Origin: Phyllosticta citribraziliensis
Lineage: Eukaryota
DNA length: 64,000 nucleotides
NCBI RefSeq assembly: GCF_038025025.1
Contig: NW_027117347.1
Span: forward strand, 1,364,001-1,428,000
Reading direction: 5' to 3'
Within the stretch, counting starts at the first letter, position 1. Each line of letters begins with the position of its first letter. Shown piece after piece: positions 51,418 through 64,000 of the stretch. Under the pieces are notes generated by a model. The model made no database searches and was not told the DNA's origin. It worked only from the letters and a program-made list of their open reading frames with translations. The translations under genes and the position numbers were made by a program.

Positions 51418-53437
51418 GGTGGAATATTGTTTGATTACGAAATGTGTCGGGGCAGTTTGAATGATGCAAAGCAAAGATTGGCGTGAGAAGGCGGCGACTG
51501 TCGTGAAGAACCAAAAACTAGGGTCGTGATAGACGGATGACTACTCTTCGGAGCGAATGGACGGTAAAGACACCAAGTAACGAGCGTGGTGAGGCAAGAA
51601 AAGAAACGACTGTCAAAATCGGTGGTTGGTGGTGGTGGTGATGATACAACAGGGAGAGAGAACGGAAGAAGAAAACGCAAAGCGCATCTCAACACCTACC
51701 TAGGCCGTACCCCGCCTTAAAGCGCGGCCCCCGGCTACGATCAAGCGCGGCTTAGACCAGCCCAGCGCGCCCGAATCTGCAGGCGAAATGCCGTTGGCCA
51801 TGGCCATCTCCCAAGTGAGCAGAAGGGGATCCACGGCGGGCTTCGCCCAGGCGTGGACGAGGGACGTGGGGACTGCTAGTCCTCGACCAATATAGGGCAA
51901 GGAGGCGAGGTGATTGGTCCAGAAGGACTTGATCACGGATGATTGCGACTGTTCCCGCGCGCGCTCCCAGCTCTTTCTGCCAAGTCGAGACTCTGTGGCT
52001 CTTCTTCTCCTGACGCAAGAGACCGTGCGGGACCCTGGCTATCTCCCTCTCAAGGAAGCGCGGGCCTGTCCTGGTGTAGATGGAGAGGGGATTGATGGAC
52101 AACACCATTTCGGTGGCTTGACTGCACGACAGTCCTAAAACACGGATGGAATTGTGAGAAGAAATCGACAGCGACAAGAAGACACGAAGGGATGAAAGGA
52201 AAAGAAGACGGTTCTTGGCCCGTCTCGACTCCCCTCTCGCTTCGCGCAGCACCTACCTCCACTACAAGGGTGCCGGCCACGCATGAAACAGCAGAGCCAG
52301 GACGGAGATCCCAAAACAGGCGCAACCGACGACCAGCGGCGCGGGTCATTAAAGCACGGTTGCGGCATGTAGATGCACCCTCAGCGCTGGTCGACGCTGG
52401 CTGGACTGGTGGTGGTGGTTGGAGGTTCTGGCCAGCAGGCATCTGTGGTGTTCGAGAGACGTTTCTCGGGACGGCCCCCCTGATGCCAGGATGATGCTGC
52501 GGGAGCGTCCCGCTCGCAACGGGGAACAGCACGCAAGGCTGAAGCCGCAAGCCTTGAGCTTGAATGGGAAGAGTCGAGGATGAGTCCATGCAATTGCTGC
52601 GCTGTCTCGCTTCGAAGGCGCCTTGATCTGAAGACAAGATGGTGAAAGGGGGAAGGGGTAAAAACGCCATCAGCAAAAGACGGATTCTTGCGCAAAAGAG
52701 CCGAGCAGCGCGCGTGTAGGGCGCCGATGCGCCGCATGGCCAACAACAGCTCGATCGATTCGCAGCCGTCAACAACAAGTCGTCGCCGTCGGTCAATCCG
52801 GTCAGCAGCCATGTGGGCAGCACACAGACGCGTTTTGGAATGTCGTCGTCGTCGACGATGATGGGGCCGCCCAGTGCCCACCCACCTCAGCGGCCAGCGC
52901 TCGGAGATGAGATGGGTCCGGGATGCTGCTCAGCGTCGCATCAATCAATAGATTTTTTTGCAACCGTGGTGTCTCGCCAAATGATGCAACAGGCGCTAGC
53001 AGGGGGCACCCAGGGGAGCAGGGGAGCAGGAGAAAAGGCGGTCAGTCGATGTTCTGCCGGCGCCGACGCACCACGACCCGACAATAGAACCGAAGACGAC
53101 GACGTCCAGTTGGAACTGCGCGTTGTGATTGGTTGCTGCGTTTACCTACCTGCTTTGTCTTGCGACGAGACACAATCCACGACGGCGTCGCGGGAGACAT
53201 TGGTTCAGCACGTCTTTGCTGCAATAGCTTCGTCACTGGTGGCCGCGCCCTGGTTTCTGGGTGGTGAGCAGAGAACAACCTAAACGTTAGAGAAAGAGAA
53301 CAGGGAAGCAAAAGGCGCAATTCAACCTCTGTCACAGGTCCACTTGTCGCACTCGCTCAACGCAACAACACGGAGACAATTGAGATCTGGATCTCGCCAA
53401 CACAGCCGGCACGCACCCATCTCATCCGGTTGGAGCC

Positions 53438-54202
53438 ATGGGGGGCGGTTCCAACACCAAGCCGCGCAACGGCGCAAATCACAAGCCAGCCAAAGCAAAA
53501 GCCAGCAGCAGCGCAATCAAGGCCTCAACCACCACAACCCCCACCAGCAACAAGCTGCCCAAGAACTGGCCCGCCTCCCTCCCGTACCACGCCCACCCCG
53601 TCCTATCGCCGTCCTTCCCGCGCGCCCTGCTGGAGACACTGCACACGGCACCAGCAGCGCATCCCGCGCCAGTCGTCCACGCGCTGCCGCCGTCGCCCAA
53701 TGCCAGCGTGCTCATCACGCCCATTGCGACGCCAGGGCACCCGGCCTGCGGCCAAGCGGGGCTCTTCGCGCGCGCCGCGCTGCCGCCCGGCGCACTCATT
53801 CTGACGTACAGCGGCACGCTGCACACGCGCGCCGACGCCGACGCCGCCTCCGACTACGACCTCAGCCTGGACCGCGAGCTGGGCGTCGGCGTCGATGCGG
53901 CGGGCGGCGGCAACGAGGCCCGCTTCGTCAACGACTACCGCGGCGTCCCGGGCGTCACGGCGCCGAATGCCGAGTTTGGCGATGTGTGGGTTGAGCTGGA
54001 CGGCGCGAAGAGGGTCGAGAGGCGCATGGGGGTGTGGGTGCTGGGCAAGGGCAAGAACGGCAAGGGCCCGCGGGCGCGTGGGATACGGAAGGGCGAGGAG
54101 ATTTTGGTGAGTTATGGCAAGGGGTTTTGGAGGGAGAGGTTGGCTGGGGACATGGACGAAGGAGATGGCGACGTCATGGATGGTCAGGCAAGGGTGGACT
54201 GA
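53438..54202 (+). CDS. Small SET-domain protein
   Basis: HPACGQAGLFA, SDYDLSL, GNEARFVNDYRG, IRKGEEILVSYGKGFW. Confidence 0.9.
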   Translation: MGGGSNTKPRNGANHKPAKAKASSSAIKASTTTTPTSNKLPKNWPASLPYHAHPVLSPSFPRALLETLHTAPAAHPAPVVHALPPSPNASVLITPIATPGHPACGQAGLFARAALPPGALILTYSGTLHTRADADAASDYDLSLDRELGVGVDAAGGGNEARFVNDYRGVPGVTAPNAEFGDVWVELDGAKRVERRMGVWVLGKGKNGKGPRARGIRKGEEILVSYGKGFWRERLAGDMDEGDGDVMDGQARVD

Positions 54203-56243
54203 GCGAGCAGGCAGGCAGCGGAGGTCATGCACGCCAGCTTGGATGGACGTTGAAAGGGCCACTCAACCGCGGATCCAGACGCTCTGCACCAGGAATCTTC
54301 ACAGCTCGGAAACCGAGGCCAACGAAGGTCGGGAGACGCAATCCGCAGCAGGGTCATCTGTCTCGATGTCCCTGTCAGCCGCAGTGGCTCGAACAAGATT
54401 CCGACTGGTGGTGGAGGTTGGAGGCGTGGAAGAAATAGCTGGACGCAGTGCACAGTGCGACTCGGCTGGACCAAGCTGAAAAGGCAGGACTGGGATCGAG
54501 CGGGTGTGGAGAGGCATCCGGTTGGGGCTCCGAGGCTGGGGTAGGGTGGGTGGGCGTTGGTGTAGCAGCTGGAGCCTCTGGTGACCGTCAGCGCAACGTG
54601 GGATGACGGCCAGAGCCACGAGTCGAACCGAAGCGGCGGTGCCCTCGACCAGATGCAATGGAAGAAATCTTGGAAGAGAAGGGGAAAAAGAGGATGACCA
54701 TGTCTCAGAAGTCGACGTGGCAGTCAGATTGTCACCTTGATGTTTATGCTCACGCCAGAGCCAACGGCTCGAGGGCGAATGGGTGGCACGACGGCACAGC
54801 CGCGCCCCAGCTGCTCCAAGCAGTGGCGTCGCCGGCCGGCTTCTTCCACAGCTCGAGTGGGCGAGTGGAAAACGAACAGGTTGATGACGACTTTTTTCTC
54901 TCGGCCGACGACATGTTGATGTTGGAGCAGGCAGGGGTTGGCGAAAAGTGGCACAAAGAGGACCAAATGGGATCGCTCGATCGCAATTCTCATGTTGTAG
55001 AATTTTCCCATGCGGCACCCGCCACATGAGATCATGGTGCCGATCGACAGCACAACAGGCACATGTTGCAGGTTGAGGATGGTTCTGGCGAGTGGCCAGT
55101 CGGTTGCCCAAAGGAGAGACCATGGCGGCGAAAGCGGTAATGGGGCGTCTGGGAGGAAACGCAGGACTGCGGCATGGTGGTGAGGTTGGGGGGTTGGCAT
55201 TCCGCATACGTCATTTGGAGGACCGCCGTCGTCTCGTCGACAGCCAAAGGCACAGGGATGACGTTGGGCAAGATTTTGGGTTTTGGACGAATCTGACGGG
55301 AGGCGGCAGAGGGTTCAAGGGCATGGCACCGAGTGGCGCATGCCTCACTGGGCATTGGAAAGCTGGAAAGCTGGTGTTCTGATTGACAGGTACCGGCACG
55401 TTGGCCATGGTGCAGGCGTGGCCGAAAGCAGCCATCATGTCCCTGCGCGGCCGTTTTCGGGGGCGAGGGGAAACAAACACAGGCGCAGTCAGGCGCCCAC
55501 TTTGTACGGTATGGAGGCATTCAGTTCAGAAAAAGAAACACGACGGACAAGGTGAGCAAGGTGAGCTTGATGAGGCCTGCTCGGTTCGGTTGACGATGAT
55601 TATTGGGCCCGCAGAAGCAGCGCACAGGACACTGGGCCAGACGCAGCGCACGGGCAGAGACAGGAGGGAGATCGGCGACGAGGCCTGAAGGGAGGATGAG
55701 GTGGACGTGGACATGGATATGAAGTCAGCCAGGGAGAAGGTTCGCGTTGACTGACTGCGGTTGCGTGGCTTCATGGCTTGCGCCAGCCTGCAGCGGGTTG
55801 GGAGCACGGCGGAACGGCTCGCTGACTATGCGCTGGGTCCCTGATGAGGGCTTGAGGTGTAGAAGTAAAGGAAAGGTACAGCAGTGGCACGTCATGGTCG
55901 CAATGCAATGTACATCTCACGCTCTCCGCCAAATAAAATCGGGGCGCCGCCCCAGAGGTTGAACATACCTACATGTGTAAATAACGCCGCTCCCGCCTCC
56001 TCCCTGCTTCATCCTGACTCTCGCCCACCCGACCCTCTGGCGCCTTATCGTCCTCCCTGACTACTGCCACATCCCGAATCCCAGCAACCACCCCCGGCGA
56101 CTATTATATCTCTTGTCTCTCCTCTCGCCGCCCACCCACGCCCGCCCACCTTTCCACTCAACACCACCAACACACCCCTTCGACCTTCGATGAGCTTGCT
56201 ATTGACTCGTCCCTCCCACCCATTCGCCTCCCCATCCTCCACC

Positions 56244-56912
56244 ATGGCCGCCCGCACCCACTCCGCCTCGGACATTGTACGTTGCCTGCCTCGTATCCCG
56301 CCTCACTTCCCCCAGTCTAACATGTCTCCGCAGTCCGACCCCTATGCCCGCTACCTCTTCCTCTCGTCGCAGCAGGAGAATCTGCGCCAGCGTCTGACGG
56401 TGCAAATCCCACCCACCGACCCCTACGCCACGGCAAACTACTCGCCGCGCTCCTCCTTCTCCTCTGACATTTCCATCTCCCTCTCCGGCACCCACTCGCC
56501 TCTGAGCCATTCCCCCACTCAGACTCCCACCACGCCCTTCAACACGGCCGCACACAACACCCCCGGCGCCTGCTCCTCGCCCGTCCCAGACCTGCCGCAT
56601 CACACCTACCACGCCACCACCAAGACGGGCGCACCGCACTCGCCCTCGCAGGCCCGCAGCGGCGCCCCGCTGCCCGCCGACTCGGCCCTCTACGACGTCA
56701 ACAAGCAGGTCAAGGCCGTCCTGACGGAGCTGCTCAACACGGACAACGTGCGCCGCGACGAGCGCTTCCGCGCCTTCGTCCAGGGCCGCCTGATGGACAC
56801 GGAGCTGGAGATGCGCCGCCAGCGCCGCCGCCGCAGCAGCGTCGACCGCGAGGTGCTCGACAGCATTGCCGAGCACTTTGGCGACGTGGGCGCCGCCGGC
56901 CAGTACGCCTAA
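56244..56912 (+). CDS. Hypothetical protein with C-terminal helical/coiled-coil domain
   Basis: ACCATGG start context; probable 57-bp intron 56277-56333; strong GC3 bias; VNKQVKAVLTELLN...RLMDTELEMRRQRRRRSS. Confidence 0.75.
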   Translation: MAARTHSASDIVRCLPRIPPHFPQSNMSPQSDPYARYLFLSSQQENLRQRLTVQIPPTDPYATANYSPRSSFSSDISISLSGTHSPLSHSPTQTPTTPFNTAAHNTPGACSSPVPDLPHHTYHATTKTGAPHSPSQARSGAPLPADSALYDVNKQVKAVLTELLNTDNVRRDERFRAFVQGRLMDTELEMRRQRRRRSSVDREVLDSIAEHFGDVGAAGQYA

Positions 56913-57299
56913 CCCAGGGGAGGCTCTCTCTCTCTGGTTGCAAAGGGCACCTCTGCGTCTGCGCAGGGAGGCTTCAACCATGGTGGCGCACCCGTGCTTG
57001 GAGCATTCGTCAGCATGATGCCACATTCACCGCACGCCTCGTCAGCTTGGGGTGGCGAGCGCAGGGAGCATTCGCCCACACGATAGATGCGCTCCCCAAA
57101 AGTTTCTTTGCCCTGTCTTCCACTTCGTACTCGCGGCTGGTCCGGATACCTGGGCCACCCGCGCTCTTCGTCACACTTTACTCACACACGGTTCTACGAC
57201 GGGTCGAGCAGGCGGCGACAAGCTCGCCCCTGTGGTCTCTCTTCTTCTTTTCTCGTACATTGTTTTCCCTCCTTTCGCCCCGACCGTGCTGGATCAGCT

Positions 57300-59700
57300 C
57301 GCGGACGGCGAACGGACGGACGGACGGATGGATGGAACGACGCAAAACCCGCCCGGACAGGGACGGCGGACGGACGGATGGTTGGTTGGATCGGCTCGGA
57401 AGGTGTTTTGGGATTTGTTTCTCACACGGCACTTCTTTCTTTCTCTTTCTCTTTCTCTTTCTCTTCAAACTTCTTTTCTTTCTATTCCTCATTGACTTCT
57501 TTTTGCAAAACCGGATACCCACCCACCCACCCACCTTTTCCAACAATCGTCCAATCAGGACGAGAGAGCCAACGAGGCGAGGCGAGGCGAGGCGAACAAG
57601 AGAAAGAAGAGGAAAAACAATCACCACTTTTCGTCAATTGTCAAAAGCATCACTCCTACCTACCTTTTGCATCTACTCCCCGTATGTATGTACGTACGCC
57701 GCGCTCGTGTATGCCTCTACTCTGCCCTCCTCTTCTCTTCTCTTCTGCTGTACCTACCTACCTACTTCTACCTTTACCTTTCTTGTCTCTACTTTTACCT
57801 CTGCTTCTTCTCTTTTTCTCTGCCTCTTTACTAGTATGGTGTCTGGCGTGGTGTGGGCATGTACGATAGAAAGCAGTTGTTTGAGTCGGACGGAGCATCG
57901 ATGGATGGACGAGGCATGGCGACGCGCTGCGTCGCGTCGCGAGACATGAAATCACATTGTCGAATTTTGTACCTGCCTGCCTGCCTGTCTGCCTGCCTGC
58001 TCTTTTTCGCCTTTGCCGTGCAATATGTGACATCCACTGTACTCTTCTCTCTCTTGTCCTTCATCATTACCCGCTCATCTCCCAACGCCAAAACCAACGC
58101 CAGACGAGAAAAGCAGCCAAGGCACCGACCGCATAGGTAGGTAGGTCGCTTTCTAGCCGCAGAGACCAGACCCTGCCTGCCTAGAAAAAACGAGTCAGCC
58201 GCTCGACTGCGCAAGCGCCCCTTCTTTCTTTCTTTCTTTCTTTCTCTCTTTCCCTGCATGCGCACGGAGAAAAGGCAGGCTAGGGCCAGGGCTACTCATC
58301 GCAGCCAGTGCCAGCGATATAGCCACATCTGCCCTGCCCTGCCTTATTCTAGAATGAGAAGAAAACAACGTGAGCGAGCTGCCGCGCGCAGGGTTACTAG
58401 TTGTTGTCGAAGTCTTCTATGGTAGGGTATCGTATTTGGCAGTCTAAGAGTGAGGTGGCATGCGATGAGCGTTTCCTGAGCAGGACAGGGTGAGCAGGGT
58501 TTGCGCGCCGCCTGCCTGCCTGCCTGCCTGCCTGCCTGCTTGCTCTCGTTCGCGCTCTACATGCATGCACAGTCCCCCCGCAGCCCGCTTCTTGCCTAGG
58601 CGAAGGAGGGCAGAGGAGAGCCAGCAAGCGAGCAGATAGCTAGCTAGCTACATAAGTGCAGTCTGTACCTAGGCGAGGCGACGCGAAATGCAGAGTTACG
58701 TCTAGCGTGCGTCTAGCATGCGTGCGTGTGCCTAGGCAGGCCAGGGGATAAAGAGACAGAGGAAAAAGGGGAACTGATCGCCTTGCCTTGCCTTGCCCTG
58801 CCCTACACATGCGTAGATACTGAGGTAGATTAGGAAGACAAGACCGACGGTGCTGTACACAACCATCTAAATACAAATCAATCTACCTAGACACACAAAG
58901 TGCGTGCGGGATGTGTATATATGTGTAAATGTAGGCGACGATAGAGAAAAGAGGAGAAGACAAGACAGAATCTCAACATCAGAATCTGAACGTCACCTAC
59001 CTACCTACCTACCTAAGTACTAAGCCCCTGAGTCAATGCGTGCAGATAGGTAGGTACTTTACTTCTGCAGGGTAGGGTACCTCAGGGAGCACACCCACAC
59101 CACCACACCACACCTCGCGCATCGACCCTACACAGTCAAATCAAAACTCTGCGTGTTTTGATATCGGTAGTGGTGGTAGTGGTGTGCAGATGCACAATAT
59201 CGAGAGATGCAACGCCGCGAGCGGAACAACGCCGCCATCAAGCTGCTGCTGCTGCTACCGCTGGTGGTGACAAGAGATCAGATCAGATCCAGCCGCCCGA
59301 TGAGGAGGGCTGCACGCGATGAGATGGGCCCGTCTATCACCCATCCACCCTGCCCTGCCCTGCCCTACCCTGCCTCTCGACCTACCTCCACACCAAGCGG
59401 GTAGGGCGCGTTGGGAGGGGATGGTCTGGGCGAGTGTGCAGGATGATGGTAGGAATAGCGGTAGCGGTGGTGGTATCCTAGCCGCGCCTAACGAGCGCTG
59501 TAGCAGCGCGCGAGCGGGAAAAGGACAAGGCCAACTACCCCTTGTCTTCGAGAAAGCCGTGATAGGTCGATTCAGCTGCTAGCGGCAGAGTACCGGAACG
59601 AGTTGCTGCTGCTGCTGTTGCTGCTGCGGGGGGCAAGTACTCTAAGGATAAGGAAGGTCTAAGCTGATTAGTCCCAGAGCAAAACTGTTGACATTGCAAA
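57300..59700. repeat. Microsatellite/low-complexity-rich intergenic tract
   Basis: Runs of (GGAC)n, (CTTT)n, (CCTG)n, (CCTA)n, (GAGGC)n, (CCCTG)n and (GCT)n. Confidence 0.8.
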
Positions 59701-62700
59701 CAGAACGAACGGTGTGCAGCAATCCATGGCCAAGGGAGGAAATTGCGGCCAGGCAGATCAACAGGCGCGCAAGAGCACAACAGCGCAACGGTGGTGCAAT
59801 GCGAGCCCATGCAGCCAATCACAACAGATTGCGTAAGAATTTCTCCAACGGCGACGACTCAATCAATGCCTTGACCTGCCACCGAGTCAATCAACACAGC
59901 ATCCCGTATTCACACTCTGCGGCTTGACGTCTGCACAACCCTGAGCGGTGCGGAGCGGTGCGGGCAGCCGAGGGGTGCCTGGTCTGTTCACGACCGGGGT
60001 CTGCGTCCAAAGGGTCTGCGTAGCGCCATGGCGGGGAAGAAAGGCTTCAAGGGTCGCCGCGCCGCCGCCGCCAGGACAAGGTGATGTAGGGGTCTAGAAG
60101 GCTATGCGGAGAAGGGCTAGGCTGCTTAGCTAGATTGCCGAACCGAGGAACAAGCGAGGCGGACGGCGGCTGCCGGGCAGCGTTAGCTTGGTGGCTTCTG
60201 TCCGTCCGTCTGTCCAGCGAAGCGTGGCGAGGGTAGGGATGACAGCTGAGGTTGAAAGGACGACGCGTGAGGGGTTTGGCGGGATATTGTTGGAGTCTGA
60301 TTGTGAAAATAGGAACGAGCTGGAAATCAGGAAGTGTAAACAGGGAGCATCGGGTGCTGCGCTTAAGTCAGGCCCTGAGTGGACATGATGCTGGAGAATG
60401 ATGTGACTGGAAAAAGTTTCGAACCTGCTGGTTGGGTCGTGATGTTGCATTCACCTGGTGCCGCAGACGAAGGATGTTAGAGAAGGGCGGCATGGAGTGT
60501 GAATCCCAACAGCGGCTGCTCAGCCAGCAACTTCGTGATCCAACGCTGGTTGGTGAATGGCCAAAGCAAGCATCGGCAGCATACAGGCTGCCTTCTTACA
60601 GAGCCTGCGGCAGCTCCTTTGGACAGTATGGCCGCCAGTGGTGTGACCCTTTCCCCTCTGATACGCCCCTGGCGAGTGCCTTATCAGCGCTGCGTGGCCA
60701 TCTTCCAAACGGTAGCGATTTCCAGTCGAGGCGTTGCACCGCAGCATGGCCGCTTGTCGATTCCCATGACCACACTATCCAGCAGGCCGGGGCCTTTTCA
60801 TCTCGAGGCTAGATTTCGTCAGCCCAGCGGTGGAAGTCAGGGCGGACGGGCTTCCGCATTCGAGCGTCTGGAGAGCGTCAACTGACACTGAGGCAGCGCT
60901 CCCTTGAAGGGCGGCAGTGAAGGAGGGTTGGAGAGGCGGACTGTTGGAGACGGCTCCACGCGGAGGCTGTTTAAAGTTTCGGGCTAGAACGCAACGGGGC
61001 CTCTGAACGACGGGTGCATAAATCTGACGTGCATGCGTGCGGTCGTGCGGAGAGAGCGTGGTTGTGGAGCCAAGGGCAACCGTGGATGTGGGGTTCTCCG
61101 CTTTCTTGGCAAAGAGCCGTCTGGGACCATCTGGGGAGACGGTGGACTGACCTCAGCCAACCTCCCGACTCCCCGGGACATGGTTGTCAAAGGATGCAGG
61201 GTGTCAAGGGACAAGTCTTGTGATGCTCTGGGACCTGGGAACCGGAAGCTTTCGTGTCCTGGCAAAGGACCGAAGTCTGCACTTCTTTGACGAGGAACAA
61301 AGGAGGTTTCAGGATTGCCATTGTGCGTGGGACGGCGTGGAAATATTCAGTTCGACATTCTCCTCGATCCCGGTCAGGTCAAAGTGTTGATTGAAGCTAC
61401 GCCTTAGGAATAGCTCATCGATCGTCCGTGTGGTCATTTGGCCTCGATGGCGCTGAGTAGGCTTTGAGAAAGGCCGAGGAAGCAATCTGGATGCATGGCG
61501 ACTTTCCACGCTGGTCCAATGCGAGAAGAAGTCCAGCGCTATCTGGTCGGGCGCTGGTCTGGCGTTGTGAGAGGGAGGGCGTTGGGGTCAGCAGAAGGCG
61601 GAGAAGTGAACCAAGCTTCCGGATGGGCCCGAAAATCGGAGTGAGGTTCGGCCGAGGCCGGAGGTCGTGAACGTCCAACGTCTCCTCAAACTTTTGATGA
61701 TCCGACAAAGTCTTTGGCGGAGAGCAGAATTCGCTTCTTGCTCATCCGGACAGGTTTGTGACGTTGCAGATTGAGTAACCGAGGCTGAAAAGCCTGTCAA
61801 AGCCCACGGCTTTGCATTTCGGCGATTCTGCCTGCTTCTCTATTTTGATCGAACCGCTCAAACATAGTAGCCCATGGTAAACACACGGAAGTATCACAGA
61901 AGCCATCGCAATCATCCGCGCTTCATTGGCACAGTACCTTCTCGTAAGCGATGTCCACGCGGAAATTGTCCTCTCCCAACCTCCATGAGAAGTACGAACT
62001 GGTGGAAAGCCCACGCCGCAGCCGCTGCGATTTCAGCGAGAATCAGCACAATGCCCAATTTGCGAAAGGTTGTCCGGTATATCCAACAGCCAATGAGCAT
62101 ACGGCGAAGGTTTCTATGCCTTGATGCGGCCGTGCTGCACGACACCAGGTACCTACAGCACCTGACACACGCCGGCTGATGGACTCTGAAGAAAAGCCAG
62201 GCTGTTAAGGCTGAGGGACCCAACTTCCCCAGCCACCTTCTCGGCGCTGTTGCAAGCGGGTAGACAGATCAACAACGCGGCGCTGTGGAAGCTTTTCCTG
62301 GGGCGTTTGGAAAGCGGCCGGCGAACTGAGCCGGATGTGTCGTTCTGAGGAGACTTGATGGCTCCGTCTTTTGAGACTCTCTACCATGCCTCGCGAAAGT
62401 TTGTCACTTGGCTCGGCGATGTCGTGCCCTGGGAGCCAAAGATATCCGATGGCCAAGTTCGTGGGTGACATGCGTTGAGTAGTGGGCAAGGAAGCCGAGC
62501 GATGCGTGCGTTGCGCCGCCTTTTGGGCAAGACAGCCGCATACGAAAGGCTACGTGGGGATGAGGTCTACTAATGCCAGCCAACACAAGATGTCAAGAGC
62601 ACGGATTGTGAGCAAGATGGGAAGGTTAGTAGGAGCCTGCAAGCATGGCATTCGGGCAACGCGTGCGGCGTGTCTGGTCGTCACCGCGTCGATTTTAGAA

Positions 62701-64000
62701 CACTGGTGTCGAGGTGACAATCAAAGGTGGCAGACCGACACAACAGCCAGGCCAAAAAGGACGTCGGCTAAGGTGCAAAAACCAAAAACGAATATCGTCA
62801 TCACCCGCCCGGAATCGAACAGAAGTCAGCTGTTGTGGGATTCCAAACAAGTTGAATGATAACGCCTTTCCTCCCACGACGCCAACATTCGGACGATTGG
62901 GGTTCCGGTGCTAGTCAGTCTCGTTGTTTTGGGTTATATATCGGCCTTTGGGCGACTTCTTGCTCATTGCCTGGTTTTCGCCTCTTCTGCCTGGCGGATT
63001 TGCACCTGCGCTCGGTCGATTCCATATTCACTCTTCAAGTCGCCGCCTCGACGGACTTTCACCTCACCATCGCTGGAAAAGGTCAGGTCAACCGTCAAAG
63101 TTCAACGCTGATCGATCCGAGATCGTACGTAAGCAAAGGAAAATCGTTTTATTTTCATTGAAGTTGATCCTACACGCAAGATAATACATCGGAGAACTTC
63201 ATATCTGCCGCTCCTCCGCTTCTTGCCAACCTCTCCATTGCCAACGTTCCGTTTGCATCGGCCTCGCGATCCTCGTGCCATAGCTTCATCCTTGGGACGA
63301 ACTCCCGAGTTCGTCAACTCGACAGCTGAGCGGGGCGGCAGTGATGGACGCTGCGGATAGGTATGACGTGAGGGCATATGAGCCAGCCGGCGCTGCGTTG
63401 CTCGGCAAAGGTTCGTGACTCGCTCATGAGTGTCGCCAAATCCGCGCGACCAGGCCAATGAGTGCCGCATGTTCTTGTTCGCACGTATTTCATTGCGCAT
63501 TGCAACGGGCCAGCTTCTCAACGTGCAATCTTCGTCCGCAGCGAATATGCAGAGCTCGAACGCGCAGGACTCGCCCAAGCAAAGCCGCCAAAGGTCAGAA
63601 TAGATGTCGATAGTGACTGCGGCAGTTTGTCAGTTGGCTGGAAGGAGTCGAGTTATGGCTTGGGTCCTCGCACCTTGCTCGAAATCCACGAGGATCGCTT
63701 CGCCACGTTGAAAGCCTTGCCCTCGCCGAGGACGTCGGATGGAATGGGAGCATTGAAGACGTCAATGTGGGACGGATCCATTGTGTGGGAGAGTTTTCAG
63801 ATGATTGATTCTTTAGGGTGTCCGCGAAAGAGTAAGACACAAAGTTGCAGGCTAGCCACTGAGGCATAATTTCTTTCCCCGGCGCCAACGCTTCCTATAT
63901 ATTTCCTGGACCGCACGAAGCAGTAAACACCCCGCAAAAAGGACCTCCCGACTAGCGCCGCCAAATCCGCAGCCAAGCTCTCGCAACAGCACCACCGCAG

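Noticed and set aside
54299..55700. Overlapping 120-300 aa ORFs
   Set aside because: No codon bias, domain motif or consistent splice model; likely chance ORFs in GC-rich intergenic DNA.
57047..57949. 260-300 aa ORFs in the ORF track
   Set aside because: Built from microsatellites (FLFLFL, GRTDG), non-ATG starts, no recognisable domain.

Overview
Filamentous ascomycete (probably Dothideomycete-like; inferred) genomic DNA in two compartments. Positions 1-~16.5 kb are an AT/TpA-rich block with no intact ORFs, typical of repeat-induced point mutation (RIP). It resolves into nested elements: a Mutator-like (MULE) transposase relic hosting two copies of one chromodomain Ty3/Gypsy LTR retrotransposon, with a probable LTR of a second family inserted at the 5' end of copy A. 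The Gypsy has 423-bp LTRs; copy B has an AATAG target-site duplication and a 2.9-kb internal deletion. It also carries an extra antisense, intron-containing, Cys-rich (DUF3716-like) gene. Positions ~16.5-64 kb are GC-balanced and gene-bearing. Next to the RIP block sit four tandem, divergent BTB/POZ + C-terminal CxxC-CxxC genes (one disrupted by two RIP-type stops) and a fifth, convergent five-exon BTB gene whose BTB domain is invisible in the ORF track. Further right are SAM synthetase, GPN3, a GH6, a Lys/Glu/Cys-rich GH131, a patatin lacking the nucleophile serine, a MOSC protein, a small hypothetical gene, an intact patatin, an APH-like kinase, a Ccg-6-like GPI wall protein, a SET protein, a coiled-coil hypothetical gene, and ~7 kb of apparently non-coding, microsatellite-rich DNA. 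All exon structures and domain calls were made by eye; no searches were run.
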